A stretch of 64,000 bases of DNA, taken from the NCBI GenBank assembly GCA_963825135.1, contig CAWGRW010000009.1:384001-448000 (forward strand). Direction: 5' to 3'. The notes beneath the pieces were generated by a model. It saw only the letters and a list, made by a program, of their open reading frames with translations. It was not told the DNA's origin and made no database searches. The stretch's first letter is position 1. Every line of letters starts with the position of its first letter. Positions 29,663 to 39,491 of the stretch are shown piece after piece. Both the position numbers and the translations under genes were made by a program. This DNA comes from an uncultured bacterium. Its GTDB lineage: Bacteria > Desulfobacterota_D > UBA1144 > Nemesobacterales > UBA2774.

Positions 29663-29881
29663 TCATGCAGGATCGGAAAAATAACCCCCCGGCTCGCTGA
29701 TAACAGCGTCGGCGAAGCGCTTGGCGTCTTCCCACGTGGGGGACTCCCCGAGCCTAAGCACCTTCTTCGACAATGCGCCCAGGGCGAAAACAGTCTTAGT
29801 CTTCGGGTCCCAGATAATCTGCCAGTTGTCGCTGCCCTCTCCCCTCACCCAGCCGAAGGGGAACGTTCCGACCTCGCCCAC
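29663..29881 (-). CDS. Small hypothetical protein
   Basis: GTG start with AGGAG SD, host-like codons, globular-looking sequence. Confidence 0.65.
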   Translation of the reverse strand: MGEVGTFPFGWVRGEGSDNWQIIWDPKTKTVFALGALSKKVLRLGESPTWEDAKRFADAVISEPGGYFSDPA

Positions 29882-29970
29882 GGGTTATGCTCCTGCTATG
29901 AAGTATTCGCGCCTGGAACCGCCGGGCGCAAGAGTAAATTATTCTCAAACCGCCGTTTGTCAAGCCGCGG

Positions 29971-30705
29971 CTAGCGCACTTCCCTGACGACTTCCCTCGT
30001 GCCCATGGGGTTGGTGAAGACTACCTCGGTGAAGCCGCAATCCTTCATCCTCTCCATCGCGGTCCTGCCGTCGGATACCGTGAGCAGGAAGGGCGCGATG
30101 AAGGACTTCTGGAACGGACAGTTGAGGCAGGAGAAAACGATTGCCTCGTTTAGCTCGCCCCTCGACGAGATGTGTATCGTCGGATAGTTCTTCTGATATT
30201 CCCTGCTCCAGTCGTTAACGCATACGAGCCTGTTCGGGTCGGGGAATACGCGCGGCACGTCGACTACTATCGTCTCGGTCCCCCTCATGCCCTTGAACAC
30301 CGCCTTCGTGAAGCCGCATTTGTGGAGCCTCGTGAGCCCGGTCTCGCCCCTGTACTCGGTCTCGAGGAACGGCTTTACGTAGTGCTCGGCGAGGCTGCAG
30401 TCCGGGCAGCTGAACACCGCTATCTGGTTGTACTGCCCCCGCGTCGTGACGGTTATGCCGGCCTTCTGTCCCTTGTACAGCTGAGTCCATTGCTCGGCGC
30501 AGTAGAGGCGCTGGGGCTCGGGCTCGACGTCGTCCGCCTCGACCCGGTGCGCGTTTTGGAGAGTCTCGACCTGATCTGGGCTTACGGTGTCCGATTCCAT
30601 GTGCGTATCGACGGCATGGGAATATGGAAAACCCGCAATCCCATAAACGAGAGCTGTTGATAAGACTATTAGTGCAAGACGGGTGAAGTACCTCATTCCG
30701 GTCAT
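29971..30705 (-). CDS. Exported hypothetical protein with two tandem Cys-containing repeats
   Basis: GAGG SD, signal peptide, internal duplication RLxC...FSCxxC...CGF. Confidence 0.8.
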   Translation of the reverse strand: MTGMRYFTRLALIVLSTALVYGIAGFPYSHAVDTHMESDTVSPDQVETLQNAHRVEADDVEPEPQRLYCAEQWTQLYKGQKAGITVTTRGQYNQIAVFSCPDCSLAEHYVKPFLETEYRGETGLTRLHKCGFTKAVFKGMRGTETIVVDVPRVFPDPNRLVCVNDWSREYQKNYPTIHISSRGELNEAIVFSCLNCPFQKSFIAPFLLTVSDGRTAMERMKDCGFTEVVFTNPMGTREVVREVR

Positions 30706-30863
30706 CCTCCTCTGTTTTACTTATTTTACAGCAATTCGAGGATATATGGAATACCTTTAGTAACACATTAATTTCGCCATAAAAACGACGGGGGATATTG
30801 AGTAGTTACCTCGGCCAAAAAGCGATTGACGCGGGCTCGTTATCGGGAGTCCTCCGGAAGCCC

Positions 30864-31478
30864 TCAGACCGTCCCCTCGTTAAATTCCCCGAGGTCCCTC
30901 GCAATCTCCCTCGACTCCGATCTGAACTCCTCAAGCCCGGACGAGATTCCCGGGTCGTCATTGCCGCGTCTCTTACCGAACAAAGGAAAACGTATAAGGC
31001 ACACGCCCAGGCCGAGCCACGCCCCCCAGAAGACCGCCGCCAGCAACAAAGAGCCGAGAAAAACCATTATCGCGGCGCCAAGGAACTCTCCCGACGTTAT
31101 TACCAGAGGAATGATTATCATACCCTTGAGAGTCGAGATAATCCCGTTGAGAAGACCCCCGAACCTGCCCCCTCCGGGAGAGAGCCCTCCGCCGAGACAC
31201 GCCCCCACGAGTATGGATGCGAAGAGAGGGAACATGGGCGAGACCAGGAGGTATATGAACCCCGATACAAGCCCCGTTATCCCCGCCCGCGCGTACGACA
31301 TGCCCCCCGGCCTTCCGGCGCTCGCAGCGACTGCTACCCCCGTGAGGAGCATAGGATAGAAGAACATGTATCCGAGCGGGACGTTATTCAGAAAGACATA
31401 TCCCAGGAGCAGCGTTACCGCCCCCCACGCTCCCGAGAGCAGCACCGGCGCTATGAATGATTTTATCGTCGCCTTCAT
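30864..31478 (-). CDS. Gly-rich multi-pass membrane protein
   Basis: AAGGAG SD before MKATIKS, several hydrophobic segments. Confidence 0.7.
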   Translation of the reverse strand: MKATIKSFIAPVLLSGAWGAVTLLLGYVFLNNVPLGYMFFYPMLLTGVAVAASAGRPGGMSYARAGITGLVSGFIYLLVSPMFPLFASILVGACLGGGLSPGGGRFGGLLNGIISTLKGMIIIPLVITSGEFLGAAIMVFLGSLLLAAVFWGAWLGLGVCLIRFPLFGKRRGNDDPGISSGLEEFRSESREIARDLGEFNEGTV

Positions 31479-31523
31479 TTGAATCTCCTTGGTAATTTCC
31501 AGTCTATCCGTCGCCAATAAATT

Positions 31524-31560
31524 CCTTCCCCCTTGAGGGGGGAAGGTCAGGATGGGGGTG
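31524..31560. repeat. Uninterrupted REP of the CCCTCACCCT/CCCTCAAGGG family (reverse orientation)
   Basis: Reverse complement cacccccatcctgaccttcccccctcaagggggaagg resembles the hosts of copies 2-4. Confidence 0.75.
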
Positions 31561-31621
31561 AACCGTCAGACTTGTAATACGCCGAGGCAGAACCACTCTC
31601 ACACCCCCGCTATGCTTCTTT

Positions 31622-33034
31622 TTACTTCTGCGCCTCCCTCGCGCTCGCCTTCTGCTCTTTTATCAAAGCCTTTCCCTCACCCGACAAGGGCGCGGGGGCG
31701 GCGGGGGAAGACATGTTATCGAGCGCGTCCCTGAGCTCGGCCTCCTGCTCCATGGTCCTGGCGTTCTTGTAGGGACTCATGTTGAGGCCGGCGATGCTCT
31801 CATACGCCCTCTTGATTTTGGAGATCGCGCTGTCCTTATCACCCTGTTCGTAGGCCGTCGTCGCCTGGTAATACGCGCCCGACGCGTCGACCGATACCCA
31901 TCTCGCGGTAACGTCCTTGTTCTCGTTCCGGGCGACCTTGCCGGCGTCGTCCGTCACCTGATAGGAGAGCGGGGATGTCAGGTCCGCCGGCTTCTCGTTA
32001 TTGAGCAGGTCCTTGAAATCGAGCGCGGCTTTCCCGAGGTCGTTCAGCCCTTCTTTCCCGGCGGGCACTTTCAATTTTACGAGTATGTCCCTGTCCTGCC
32101 CCCCGAAGAGGTCGCCGAGCTTTATCTCGGTAACGCCGTCCGGGGTTTTCGTGAACGTGTATCCGTAAATCTCCTCTATCTCCACGCCCGGCGCGAGCCC
32201 GATCCTGATCACGGGGTCCTTGGCGACCGTGGCCGCGATCTGACCGAACTCCTTTTGGAAAATTCCCGCAAGCTGTGTCGGGGACTCTATGAAGTAGTAA
32301 TTGCCCGCGCCGTATTCGGCGAGGTTCATCATGAGGTTCTCGTCGTAATCGACGCCAAGCCCCATAGTGGTTATGTGTATGCCCTTCTCCGATGCGCGGC
32401 TCGCGACCCTGCCGAGCTCGCCCAGGTCCGTAATGCCCGCGTTGGCGAGCCCGTCCGAGAGCAGTATGACGCGGTTCACGTACCCGTCACGCTTGACCGA
32501 TTCGAGCTGCTCGATCCCCATGACGAGCCCTCCCGACAGGTTGGTCGAGTCGGTCGGATAGAGTGCGTTCACCACGGACGAGGCCTTGTCCTTATCCGTG
32601 AGGGCCTGTATCGGGTACAGAAGCTCGACGTCCGTCGAATACGCGACCACTGCGAGCCTGTCCTTTTTATCGAGCCCGGCGATTATCTGCTTCGCCGCCT
32701 CCTTCGCGTACTCGATCTTCCCCTTGTCGTTCATGGAGCCGCTCCTGTCTATGACGAGCACCAGGTTTACGGGCGTCCTCTCTTTTAACTCCGCCTCCTT
32801 CCCCTTTATCTTCATGTTGAGCATAAGCTCCCTGAGAGAGCCCGTCTCGACGTACGGGTGGCTCAATTTGATATCCCACGTCACCGTATCCGTATTCGAG
32901 CTTGTTCCCGTATTCGTGTCCTGCCTATCCGGCTTTGGAATAGTCGGGAACGCCGATATGTATTTCCCTCCGGCGAGCACCGCTAATATAAGCAGAAAAA
33001 TTCCGATTATTACCTTGTTATTCGACCTGTTCAT
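31622..33034 (-). CDS. vWA domain protein (YfbK-like) with N-terminal membrane anchor
   Basis: MIDAS DRSGS, STNL, LLSDG; start overlaps the pspA stop (ATGA). Confidence 0.92.
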   Translation of the reverse strand: MNRSNNKVIIGIFLLILAVLAGGKYISAFPTIPKPDRQDTNTGTSSNTDTVTWDIKLSHPYVETGSLRELMLNMKIKGKEAELKERTPVNLVLVIDRSGSMNDKGKIEYAKEAAKQIIAGLDKKDRLAVVAYSTDVELLYPIQALTDKDKASSVVNALYPTDSTNLSGGLVMGIEQLESVKRDGYVNRVILLSDGLANAGITDLGELGRVASRASEKGIHITTMGLGVDYDENLMMNLAEYGAGNYYFIESPTQLAGIFQKEFGQIAATVAKDPVIRIGLAPGVEIEEIYGYTFTKTPDGVTEIKLGDLFGGQDRDILVKLKVPAGKEGLNDLGKAALDFKDLLNNEKPADLTSPLSYQVTDDAGKVARNENKDVTARWVSVDASGAYYQATTAYEQGDKDSAISKIKRAYESIAGLNMSPYKNARTMEQEAELRDALDNMSSPAAPAPLSGEGKALIKEQKASAREAQK

Positions 33035-33696
33035 TTCTTACCGCCTCCCTTGCCGAGATTCTTTTTCATGCTTTCCACTTCCTCACGTATGAGCCTCTCC
33101 TCGCGCTCGCGCTCTTCCCTCTCCTTTTCACCGTCTGAGACGAAGAGCACGGTCTCTTCCGCGACCCTCTCCTCGACCTTCCTGAAAATATCGAACGGCC
33201 CTTCGGCGAAAGCGCCCGCGCATCCGGTGATGTCTTCCTTCGCCGCGGGCGCTCCCTTCATGACGCCGATCTCTTTGAGAAGTAGAGACCTCTTCGTCTT
33301 CGCGTTCTCTACCCTCCGTTCGAGGTCCGCGTAGCGCGCCTCATACTCCGCGAGCCTGGCCCTGTCGCCCGACTGCGTAAGGGCGAGCTTCCTCCCCTTG
33401 TCCTCGAGCGTCCTCCTTTTTCTCACGGCCTCGACCGCGTTCTCGTCCATGCTGCGCCCCGCGTAGTCTATGGCCCTCTCCCGCCAGTACTCCTCCTGCT
33501 CCCCCGTCCTCTTCGAGAGCTTCTCCTGCTCGTCTATCCTGAACCTGAGCGCCCCGATCTTCACCCTCGCCCTTTCGAGCCCCTCCTCCATCTCCTCGAC
33601 GGCCTGGTTGAGTATCTTCTCCGGGTCCTCCGCCCTCGACACCCAGTCGTTCAACTGGGACTTCACGATGAGTCCGACTCGTTTCTTCAATCCCAT
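33031..33696 (-). CDS. pspA: PspA/IM30 family protein
   Basis: MGLKKRV..IVKSQLND..RAEDPEKILNQAVEEM, long coiled coil, AAGGAG SD. Confidence 0.85.
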   Translation of the reverse strand: MGLKKRVGLIVKSQLNDWVSRAEDPEKILNQAVEEMEEGLERARVKIGALRFRIDEQEKLSKRTGEQEEYWRERAIDYAGRSMDENAVEAVRKRRTLEDKGRKLALTQSGDRARLAEYEARYADLERRVENAKTKRSLLLKEIGVMKGAPAAKEDITGCAGAFAEGPFDIFRKVEERVAEETVLFVSDGEKEREEREREERLIREEVESMKKNLGKGGGKK

Positions 33697-33881
33697 AACT
33701 TTTCTCCTTACTACTGCGGATTTAATGATTAGTACGAACGGGGGGGAGGAAAGATTTACACACGCAACGTGTCTCCGCGATTGTCGCGGCTGGAAGCCGC
33801 TCCTGCAACCGTGAAGATTTATTATTGCAGGAAGTACCGCCACATCTCCGGATAGGACATGCCAAGAATGATTATTAATAT

Positions 33882-33928
33882 TGTCATTTCGACCGGAGGG
33901 AGAAATCCGTTATTGAAGCGAAATGACA
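33882..33928. repeat. REP-like TGTCATTTCG...CGAAATGACA element
   Basis: Inverted repeat; the same family hosts mini-element copy 5 at 41143-41254. Confidence 0.75.
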
Positions 33929-33968
33929 TCGGAGGGGCGTACAGGTGGGACAAGCTAAAACAGGGACG

Positions 33969-34982
33969 TTAATTTACAGGCGTAGGCCCGGGCGTGGGGC
34001 TGGCGCTCCCGAGCTTCAGCACGGACTTCTGCCTCAACTCCTGGATCCGGGAATCGGCGTAGGAGCTTTCTCCGGGTGAGACCTCGCGGAGCTGCGTGTA
34101 GTTCGCGACGGCCAGGTCGAGCTTCCCCTGCCTCTCGTAGCACTCGGCGAGAGAGCGGTAGGACCGGGCGCGGACGTCACCGGGCAGCTCAGGGGAGGAT
34201 TGCAGAAGCGTCTCGTTCGTCCTTATCGAGGCGTCGCAGTCCCCTTCGGTCTGCTGCCTGAGCGCGAGGCCGAGGAGGCCGCCGTAATCCTTTGACGCGA
34301 CTGCCGATAGGGATTCAGCCTGCGCGAGAGGCCGCGCGGGTGAGGATTTTTTGGCCGCCGCTTCGAGGGGCGCCTGTCCTTTGGCATCGGAGTCCTCTCC
34401 GGTGGCTGCAGTCGTGCCCGGCGCTTCGTCGGAGAGGGAATACATATCCGCCTGAGGAGGCGCAGGAGCCGCAGGCCTCCCCTCGTCGGCCGCCCCTCTC
34501 TCGCTTATCGCGGACGAAGATTCGGCCTCGACGGGATATTCCCTCTTCATCTCGGGCGCGGCCTGTCCCCTGGTTTCAATTCCGCTCCCCGTCTCCTTCA
34601 TTTTGTTCGCCATTACGTCGCGGGACACCATATCCGCGTACCTCCCGCCGCCCTGTCCGTAATAGAACCAGACCGTAAGCGCTATGGCGGTCGTGAGCGC
34701 GGGGATCAGTATCGGAGAAAGGGGAAGCCTCCTCCAGAAAGGGCGCTTCTCGCGGGCGACGCTGTCCCCGGCGGCTTTAGACAGCCTCGACACGACCTCA
34801 CGCGAAGGCTCGGGCAGAACCGATTCCTCCGTGACCACCCTCCTTATCTCGGCGTACTCCTCGAATTCGCGAGAGCACTCCTCGCAACCACCCAGGTGCG
34901 CGGCCACGGACTCCCTTTCTTCAGGGCCGAGCCCGCCGTGTATGTATTCAATTAATAATTCGCTGCATCTCCCGCAGTTCAT
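33969..34982 (-). CDS. zf-HC2 anti-sigma factor with TM and C-terminal TPR
   Basis: HLGGCEEC (HxxxCxxC), single TM, low-complexity linker, TPR-like helices. Confidence 0.88.
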   Translation of the reverse strand: MNCGRCSELLIEYIHGGLGPEERESVAAHLGGCEECSREFEEYAEIRRVVTEESVLPEPSREVVSRLSKAAGDSVAREKRPFWRRLPLSPILIPALTTAIALTVWFYYGQGGGRYADMVSRDVMANKMKETGSGIETRGQAAPEMKREYPVEAESSSAISERGAADEGRPAAPAPPQADMYSLSDEAPGTTAATGEDSDAKGQAPLEAAAKKSSPARPLAQAESLSAVASKDYGGLLGLALRQQTEGDCDASIRTNETLLQSSPELPGDVRARSYRSLAECYERQGKLDLAVANYTQLREVSPGESSYADSRIQELRQKSVLKLGSASPTPGPTPVN

Positions 34983-34991
34983 ATTATCCCT

Positions 34992-35624
34992 TCACACCCC
35001 TTTCGCTTTCTGTCTTTCCTCGAAATATCCGGACTCCGCGAACACCCGCCGGAGACCCTTGTACGCGTATCTCAAACGGCTCTTTACCGTGCCGAGCGGC
35101 GACTCCGTGACCTCGGCTATCTCCTCGAACGAAAGCCCTTCCACTTCCCGCAATAAAAATACTTCCCTGAACTCCTCTTTCAACCCTCTCACGCCTATAT
35201 CGATAAGCTCCTTCACCTCGAGGTCAAAAGCCCTCTCCTCCTGGTCCCTGTCCCCGCTCCTGACCATGTCTATCACCACCGCGCCCCCCTCACCGCCCGC
35301 AAGCGGCGCGTCGAGCGAGCTGTGCCTCCTGTAGCTCTCCGTACGCAGATAATCTATGCAGTGGTTCCGCGCTATGCTGTAGAGCCACGTCGAGAATTTC
35401 TGCCCCGGGTCGTAATCCTTCCTCCGCTCTATCACCTTCATGAAGATTTCCTGGAGCAGGTCCTCGGCCTGTGCCTTCTGCGCGCCGGTCATCTTTATAA
35501 TGAACCTGAGCACGCCGGCCCCGTGCCGGCCGAGGAGGAGGTCGAAGCTCCCCTCGCCGCCGTTTTGAAATTTCCGCATCGCCTCTTCGTCCGATAACCC
35601 GCTTTTCGTATTTATTCCAAACAC
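34992..35624 (-). CDS. ECF RNA polymerase sigma factor
   Basis: AEDLLQEIF, FSTWLYSIARNHCIDYLR, GLSFEEIAE...GTVKSRL. Confidence 0.95.
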   Translation of the reverse strand: MFGINTKSGLSDEEAMRKFQNGGEGSFDLLLGRHGAGVLRFIIKMTGAQKAQAEDLLQEIFMKVIERRKDYDPGQKFSTWLYSIARNHCIDYLRTESYRRHSSLDAPLAGGEGGAVVIDMVRSGDRDQEERAFDLEVKELIDIGVRGLKEEFREVFLLREVEGLSFEEIAEVTESPLGTVKSRLRYAYKGLRRVFAESGYFEERQKAKGV

Positions 35625-35746
35625 CGGATACCCGTCTCAGCTCATATCTGATATACCATTAATTATACGATGGAAAAGGGAGAAAGTTTTAATGTTTCGC
35701 CCTGCTGCCTTACGCGAATCATTTGCTCCGTCAATCTCCTACCCCT

Positions 35747-35805
35747 GTAGGAGCACCATCCTGGTGCGATAATCAGGTTCAATCGCGGCTGGAAGCCGCT
35801 CCTAC
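35747..35805. repeat. GTAG-family REP doublet (REPIN-like)
   Basis: GTAGGAGC...GCTCCTAC inverted pair; half copy at 33784-33806. Confidence 0.8.
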
Positions 35806-35950
35806 GGATTTGAGGATCGGGAATCTCCAGGAATACTCGTAGAGCCGCGTCGAGATGAAAAGTGAGCTGCACGAAGGATTACATCCTTGTTGAATTGCTG
35901 CGCCTCTTAAAGTAGATTCGTTTATCTCATTTTCGAGTGAGGGAAGGAAA

Positions 35951-37660
35951 CTGACGACCAAGCCGAAGGACCTCATATACTCAGTCGCGGAAATGCCCCC
36001 GATTGGGAGGCTAATCCCGCTCGGATTCCAGTTCACGGTCTATATAGCGGTCACGCTCGTCTACATCGTCCTCATCGGGAAGGAAGGCGGGGTCAGCGAC
36101 GGCGTCACGGCGAGCGCCATAAGCATGGGCATGATCGCCATTGGCATAGCGACGATGCTCCAGTCCCTGTGGATAGGCCCCGTCGGCTCCGGGTATTTTG
36201 CATCCCCCGTTTTCTCGGCCGTTTACCTGGGCCCTTCGATACTCGCGGTCAAGGCGGGCGGGCTCCCGGCCGTGTTCGCCATGACCATATTCGCGGGGGC
36301 GGTCGAGGTCGTTCTCTCGATATTCCTCCGCCGCCTGAAGCCCGTATTCCCCCCGGCGGTGTCGGGGTTCATAGTCCTCGTCATAGGGATAGAGTTGGGC
36401 CTCGTCGCGCTCGACAACTTCCTCGACATAAAAGGCCTCGGCAAGCCCGCGTACACGGAGAACCTGATAGTCGGCGTCATCGCGCTCTCTATAATTATGG
36501 GGTTCAGCGTCTGGATGAAGGGCATACTCAGGCTCCTCTGCTCACTCTTCGGAATCGCCGTAGGTTTTATAATCGCGGTCTTTCTCGGCATAATCCCCGA
36601 GAATTCTATCGCGCTATTCAAAAGCTCCGCCGTCTTCTCTCTCCCTGACCCTTCATACATTTCATACAGCTTCGACCTCTCCCTCGTCCCCGCGTTCCTC
36701 ACTGCGGGCATAGCTGCGTCGCTCCGGACGATAGGGGTAATCACCACGGCCGAGAAGATAAACGACTCCGACTGGAAGAGGCCCGATTTCGGCCCGATAA
36801 AGAAGGGCATGCTCGCCGACGGCATCGGGTGCATGCTGGGAGGGCTCATGGGCGCGCCCGGTATGAACGCCACGCCCGGCATAGTGGGCATCTCCCAGGC
36901 CGCGGGCTCGACTAGCCGGTACATGGCCATCCCGACGGGCATATTCCTCATCGTGCTCGCGTTCTTCCCCAAGATATCCGCCCTCTTCCTGATGCTCCCG
37001 CTATCGGTCGTTGGCGCGTCGCTCATGGTGAGCGGGGCGTTTATGATCTCGGGCGGCATCCAGATAATGACCGCGAGGAACCTCGACTCCAGAATGACGT
37101 ACGTGATTGGAATCTCGCTCCTGCTCGGCGTTGGAAGGAAGGTGTTCCCCGGCTACTTCAACGGCTTCCCCGAATGGCTCAGGCTCATGACCGATACGAC
37201 GCTCTCTCTCGCCCTGATTTCATCGGTCGCGCTCGTCCTCATATTCAGGCTCGGCATAAAGAAGAAGGACGTATTCATTTACGACGAGGCGTGCCCGTCC
37301 TGCGAGCGTCTCAGGGAGCGCCTGAAAGACCGCGAGAAGGAATGGAGGCTCGACGGCGAGATAATAGACCACGCCGTCTCCTCGACTGAGCAGATAATCG
37401 ACCACCTGACGGAGGCGAATCTCCCGCGCGGGCCGATAAAGATCGAGGCGGGCTATGACGAGGTGTACCTCGAAATAATCATCGAGTACAAGGGGACACT
37501 CCTCGCGCTCCCGGCCGTCGGGGCGAAGCACGGCCATTTCATGGAAGAAGACGCCTTCGTACACGGCATAAGGGATTTTCTCACCGGGGTCTATCCCGAC
37601 AGGATAGAGACCTCGGCGAAACACGAGGACGTGAAGATAAGGCTGTTCTTTAATGTGTGA
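35951..37660 (+). CDS. NCS2 (xanthine/uracil) permease with C-terminal extra domain; probable CTG start
   Basis: About 12-13 TMs, GMLADG and TSRY motifs; frame extends upstream of ATG 35993 to CTG 35951 behind GAGG. Confidence 0.88.
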   Translation: MTTKPKDLIYSVAEMPPIGRLIPLGFQFTVYIAVTLVYIVLIGKEGGVSDGVTASAISMGMIAIGIATMLQSLWIGPVGSGYFASPVFSAVYLGPSILAVKAGGLPAVFAMTIFAGAVEVVLSIFLRRLKPVFPPAVSGFIVLVIGIELGLVALDNFLDIKGLGKPAYTENLIVGVIALSIIMGFSVWMKGILRLLCSLFGIAVGFIIAVFLGIIPENSIALFKSSAVFSLPDPSYISYSFDLSLVPAFLTAGIAASLRTIGVITTAEKINDSDWKRPDFGPIKKGMLADGIGCMLGGLMGAPGMNATPGIVGISQAAGSTSRYMAIPTGIFLIVLAFFPKISALFLMLPLSVVGASLMVSGAFMISGGIQIMTARNLDSRMTYVIGISLLLGVGRKVFPGYFNGFPEWLRLMTDTTLSLALISSVALVLIFRLGIKKKDVFIYDEACPSCERLRERLKDREKEWRLDGEIIDHAVSSTEQIIDHLTEANLPRGPIKIEAGYDEVYLEIIIEYKGTLLALPAVGAKHGHFMEEDAFVHGIRDFLTGVYPDRIETSAKHEDVKIRLFFNV

Positions 37661-37690
37661 ACTCAAAAAAGGTACACCCTCACCCTACCT

Positions 37691-37782
37691 GTTTTGGATT
37701 AATCGGCAATGTGCCGGGTATATAAGCTCTTCTCTGCCATCGGACAGAGGCGACCGGATGCTTTCACTTGCTCGCATTCGTT
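37691..37782 (+). mobile_element. ~90-bp REP-inserted mini-element, copy 4
   Basis: GTTTTGG + 53 nt + CGACC + GGATGC-tttcacttgctc-GCATTC + GTT, inside a CCCTCACCCTACCT...CCCTCAAGGGAGAGGG REP. Confidence 0.8.
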
Positions 37783-37932
37783 CCCTCAAGGGAGAGGGAA
37801 ATACTTTGGATGAACGATCATGTCTAGCTGATGAAGCAGTGAATCATTGTTACGCACCCCCTCACATTAGAAAAAAATCCCCGATATGGCATAATTATTT
37901 CTCCCTAAACACATAAGCCAAGGAGGAGTTTC

Positions 37933-39339
37933 ATGGCCAGCAAATCTACGAGAACAGAATACGATTCGATGGGGGAGATGGAAGTCCCCTCGAACGCATA
38001 TTACGGAGCCCAGACGGCGAGGGCGATAGAGAATTTCCCCATAAGCGGCATACGCAAGCACAGCCTTCTCATAAAGGCGATGGGGATGATTAAACTAGCC
38101 GCCGCCGAATCCAACATCCAGCTCGGCATTCTAAGCAAGAAGGCCGGGGCCGCTATAGTAAAGGCGGCGAAAGAGGTCATCGACGGGAAGCTCGACGACC
38201 ATTTCGTGCTCGACGTCTTCCAGACGGGCTCCGGGACGTCGACCAACATGAACACGAACGAGGTCATCGCCAACCGCGCGAACGAAATAATAGGCGGCAG
38301 GAAGGGGGACAAGTCCGGTATCCATCCGAACGACCACGTGAACATGGGGCAGTCGAGTAACGACGTCTACCCGACCGCCATACACGTCTCCGCAATACTC
38401 GCTATCAACGACCTCCTCCTGCCCTCGTTAAGGAACCTCGAGAAGGCGCTCTCGGCCAAGGCGCGCGAGTTCGACAAAATAGTGAAGATCGGTCGCACGC
38501 ACCTCCAGGACGCGACGCCGATAAGGCTCGGACAGGAATTCAGCGGCTACGCGAGCATGATAAAGCACGGGATCAAGAGGGTCGAGCACGCGAGGGAAGA
38601 GCTTTCGGAGCTCGCTATCGGCGGCACGGCCGTGGGGACAGGCATAAACACGCACCCGAAATTCGCCGGGCTCGTCGCCGGGAGACTCGGCAGGATGACG
38701 GGCACGAAGCTCTTTGAGGCGGAGAACCATTTCGAGGCTCAGGGCTCGAAAGACGCCGTTGTCGAGGCAAGCGGGTCACTCAAGACCCTCGCCGTGAGCC
38801 TTATGAAGATCGCGAACGACATAAGGTGGCTCGGGAGCGGCCCCCGCTGCGGCATAGGGGAGATAATGATACCGGCCGTCCAGCCGGGCTCGTCGATCAT
38901 GCCGGGCAAGGTGAACCCCGTAATCCCCGAAGCGGTGTGCCAGGTCGCGGCTCAGGTAATAGGGAACGACCTTACGATCACGATAGGAGGAACGTTCGGC
39001 AACTTCGAGCTAAACGTCATGATGCCGGTCAAGGGCCACAACCTGCTCCAGTCGATAGAGCTTCTGGGCAAGGTCTCCCAGGTATTCGCGGATAAGTGCG
39101 TGAAGGGGATAAAGGCCGATAAAAAACGGTGCGAGGAGATGATAGAGAAGAGCCTCGCCATGTGCACGAGCCTCGCCCCTGTAATCGGATACGACAGCGC
39201 GGCAAAGATAGCGAAAGAGGCGTACGAGACCGGGAAGACGGTGAGGCAGGTGGCGCTCGAGAAGAAGGTGCTGCCGGCGGAGAAGCTGAAGCGGTTATTG
39301 GACCCCTGGTCCATGACCGAGCCGGGTACGAAGAAGTAG
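37933..39339 (+). CDS. fumC: Class II fumarate hydratase
   Basis: QTGSGTSTNMN, GRTHLQDATP, GSSIMPGKVNP. Confidence 0.96.
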   Translation: MASKSTRTEYDSMGEMEVPSNAYYGAQTARAIENFPISGIRKHSLLIKAMGMIKLAAAESNIQLGILSKKAGAAIVKAAKEVIDGKLDDHFVLDVFQTGSGTSTNMNTNEVIANRANEIIGGRKGDKSGIHPNDHVNMGQSSNDVYPTAIHVSAILAINDLLLPSLRNLEKALSAKAREFDKIVKIGRTHLQDATPIRLGQEFSGYASMIKHGIKRVEHAREELSELAIGGTAVGTGINTHPKFAGLVAGRLGRMTGTKLFEAENHFEAQGSKDAVVEASGSLKTLAVSLMKIANDIRWLGSGPRCGIGEIMIPAVQPGSSIMPGKVNPVIPEAVCQVAAQVIGNDLTITIGGTFGNFELNVMMPVKGHNLLQSIELLGKVSQVFADKCVKGIKADKKRCEEMIEKSLAMCTSLAPVIGYDSAAKIAKEAYETGKTVRQVALEKKVLPAEKLKRLLDPWSMTEPGTKK

Positions 39340-39366
39340 AAGGGGGCTTTGCGAAAAGCATACGGA

Positions 39367-39448
39367 AAATCCCCCTGAATCCCCCTTTTCCAAAGGGGGA
39401 GAGTGACTTTAATTCCCTCCTTAGAAAAAGGAGGGTTAGGGAGGATTT
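39367..39448. repeat. Uninterrupted CCCCCTT/CCCTCCTT REP composite
   Basis: Empty-site equivalent of 3624-3793. Confidence 0.85.
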
Positions 39449-39491
39449 GAATTTACGCCCTTTCAAACACGAGCATTATCGGAGGCAAACG

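Noticed and set aside
33697..33843. N-terminal extension of pspA in the ORF track
   Set aside because: It runs through a REP half-site; family similarity and the SD point to ATG 33696.
39129..39491. N-terminal extension of the SDR in the ORF track
   Set aside because: It overlaps fumC and a REP; the true start is ATG 39492 with a GGAGG SD.
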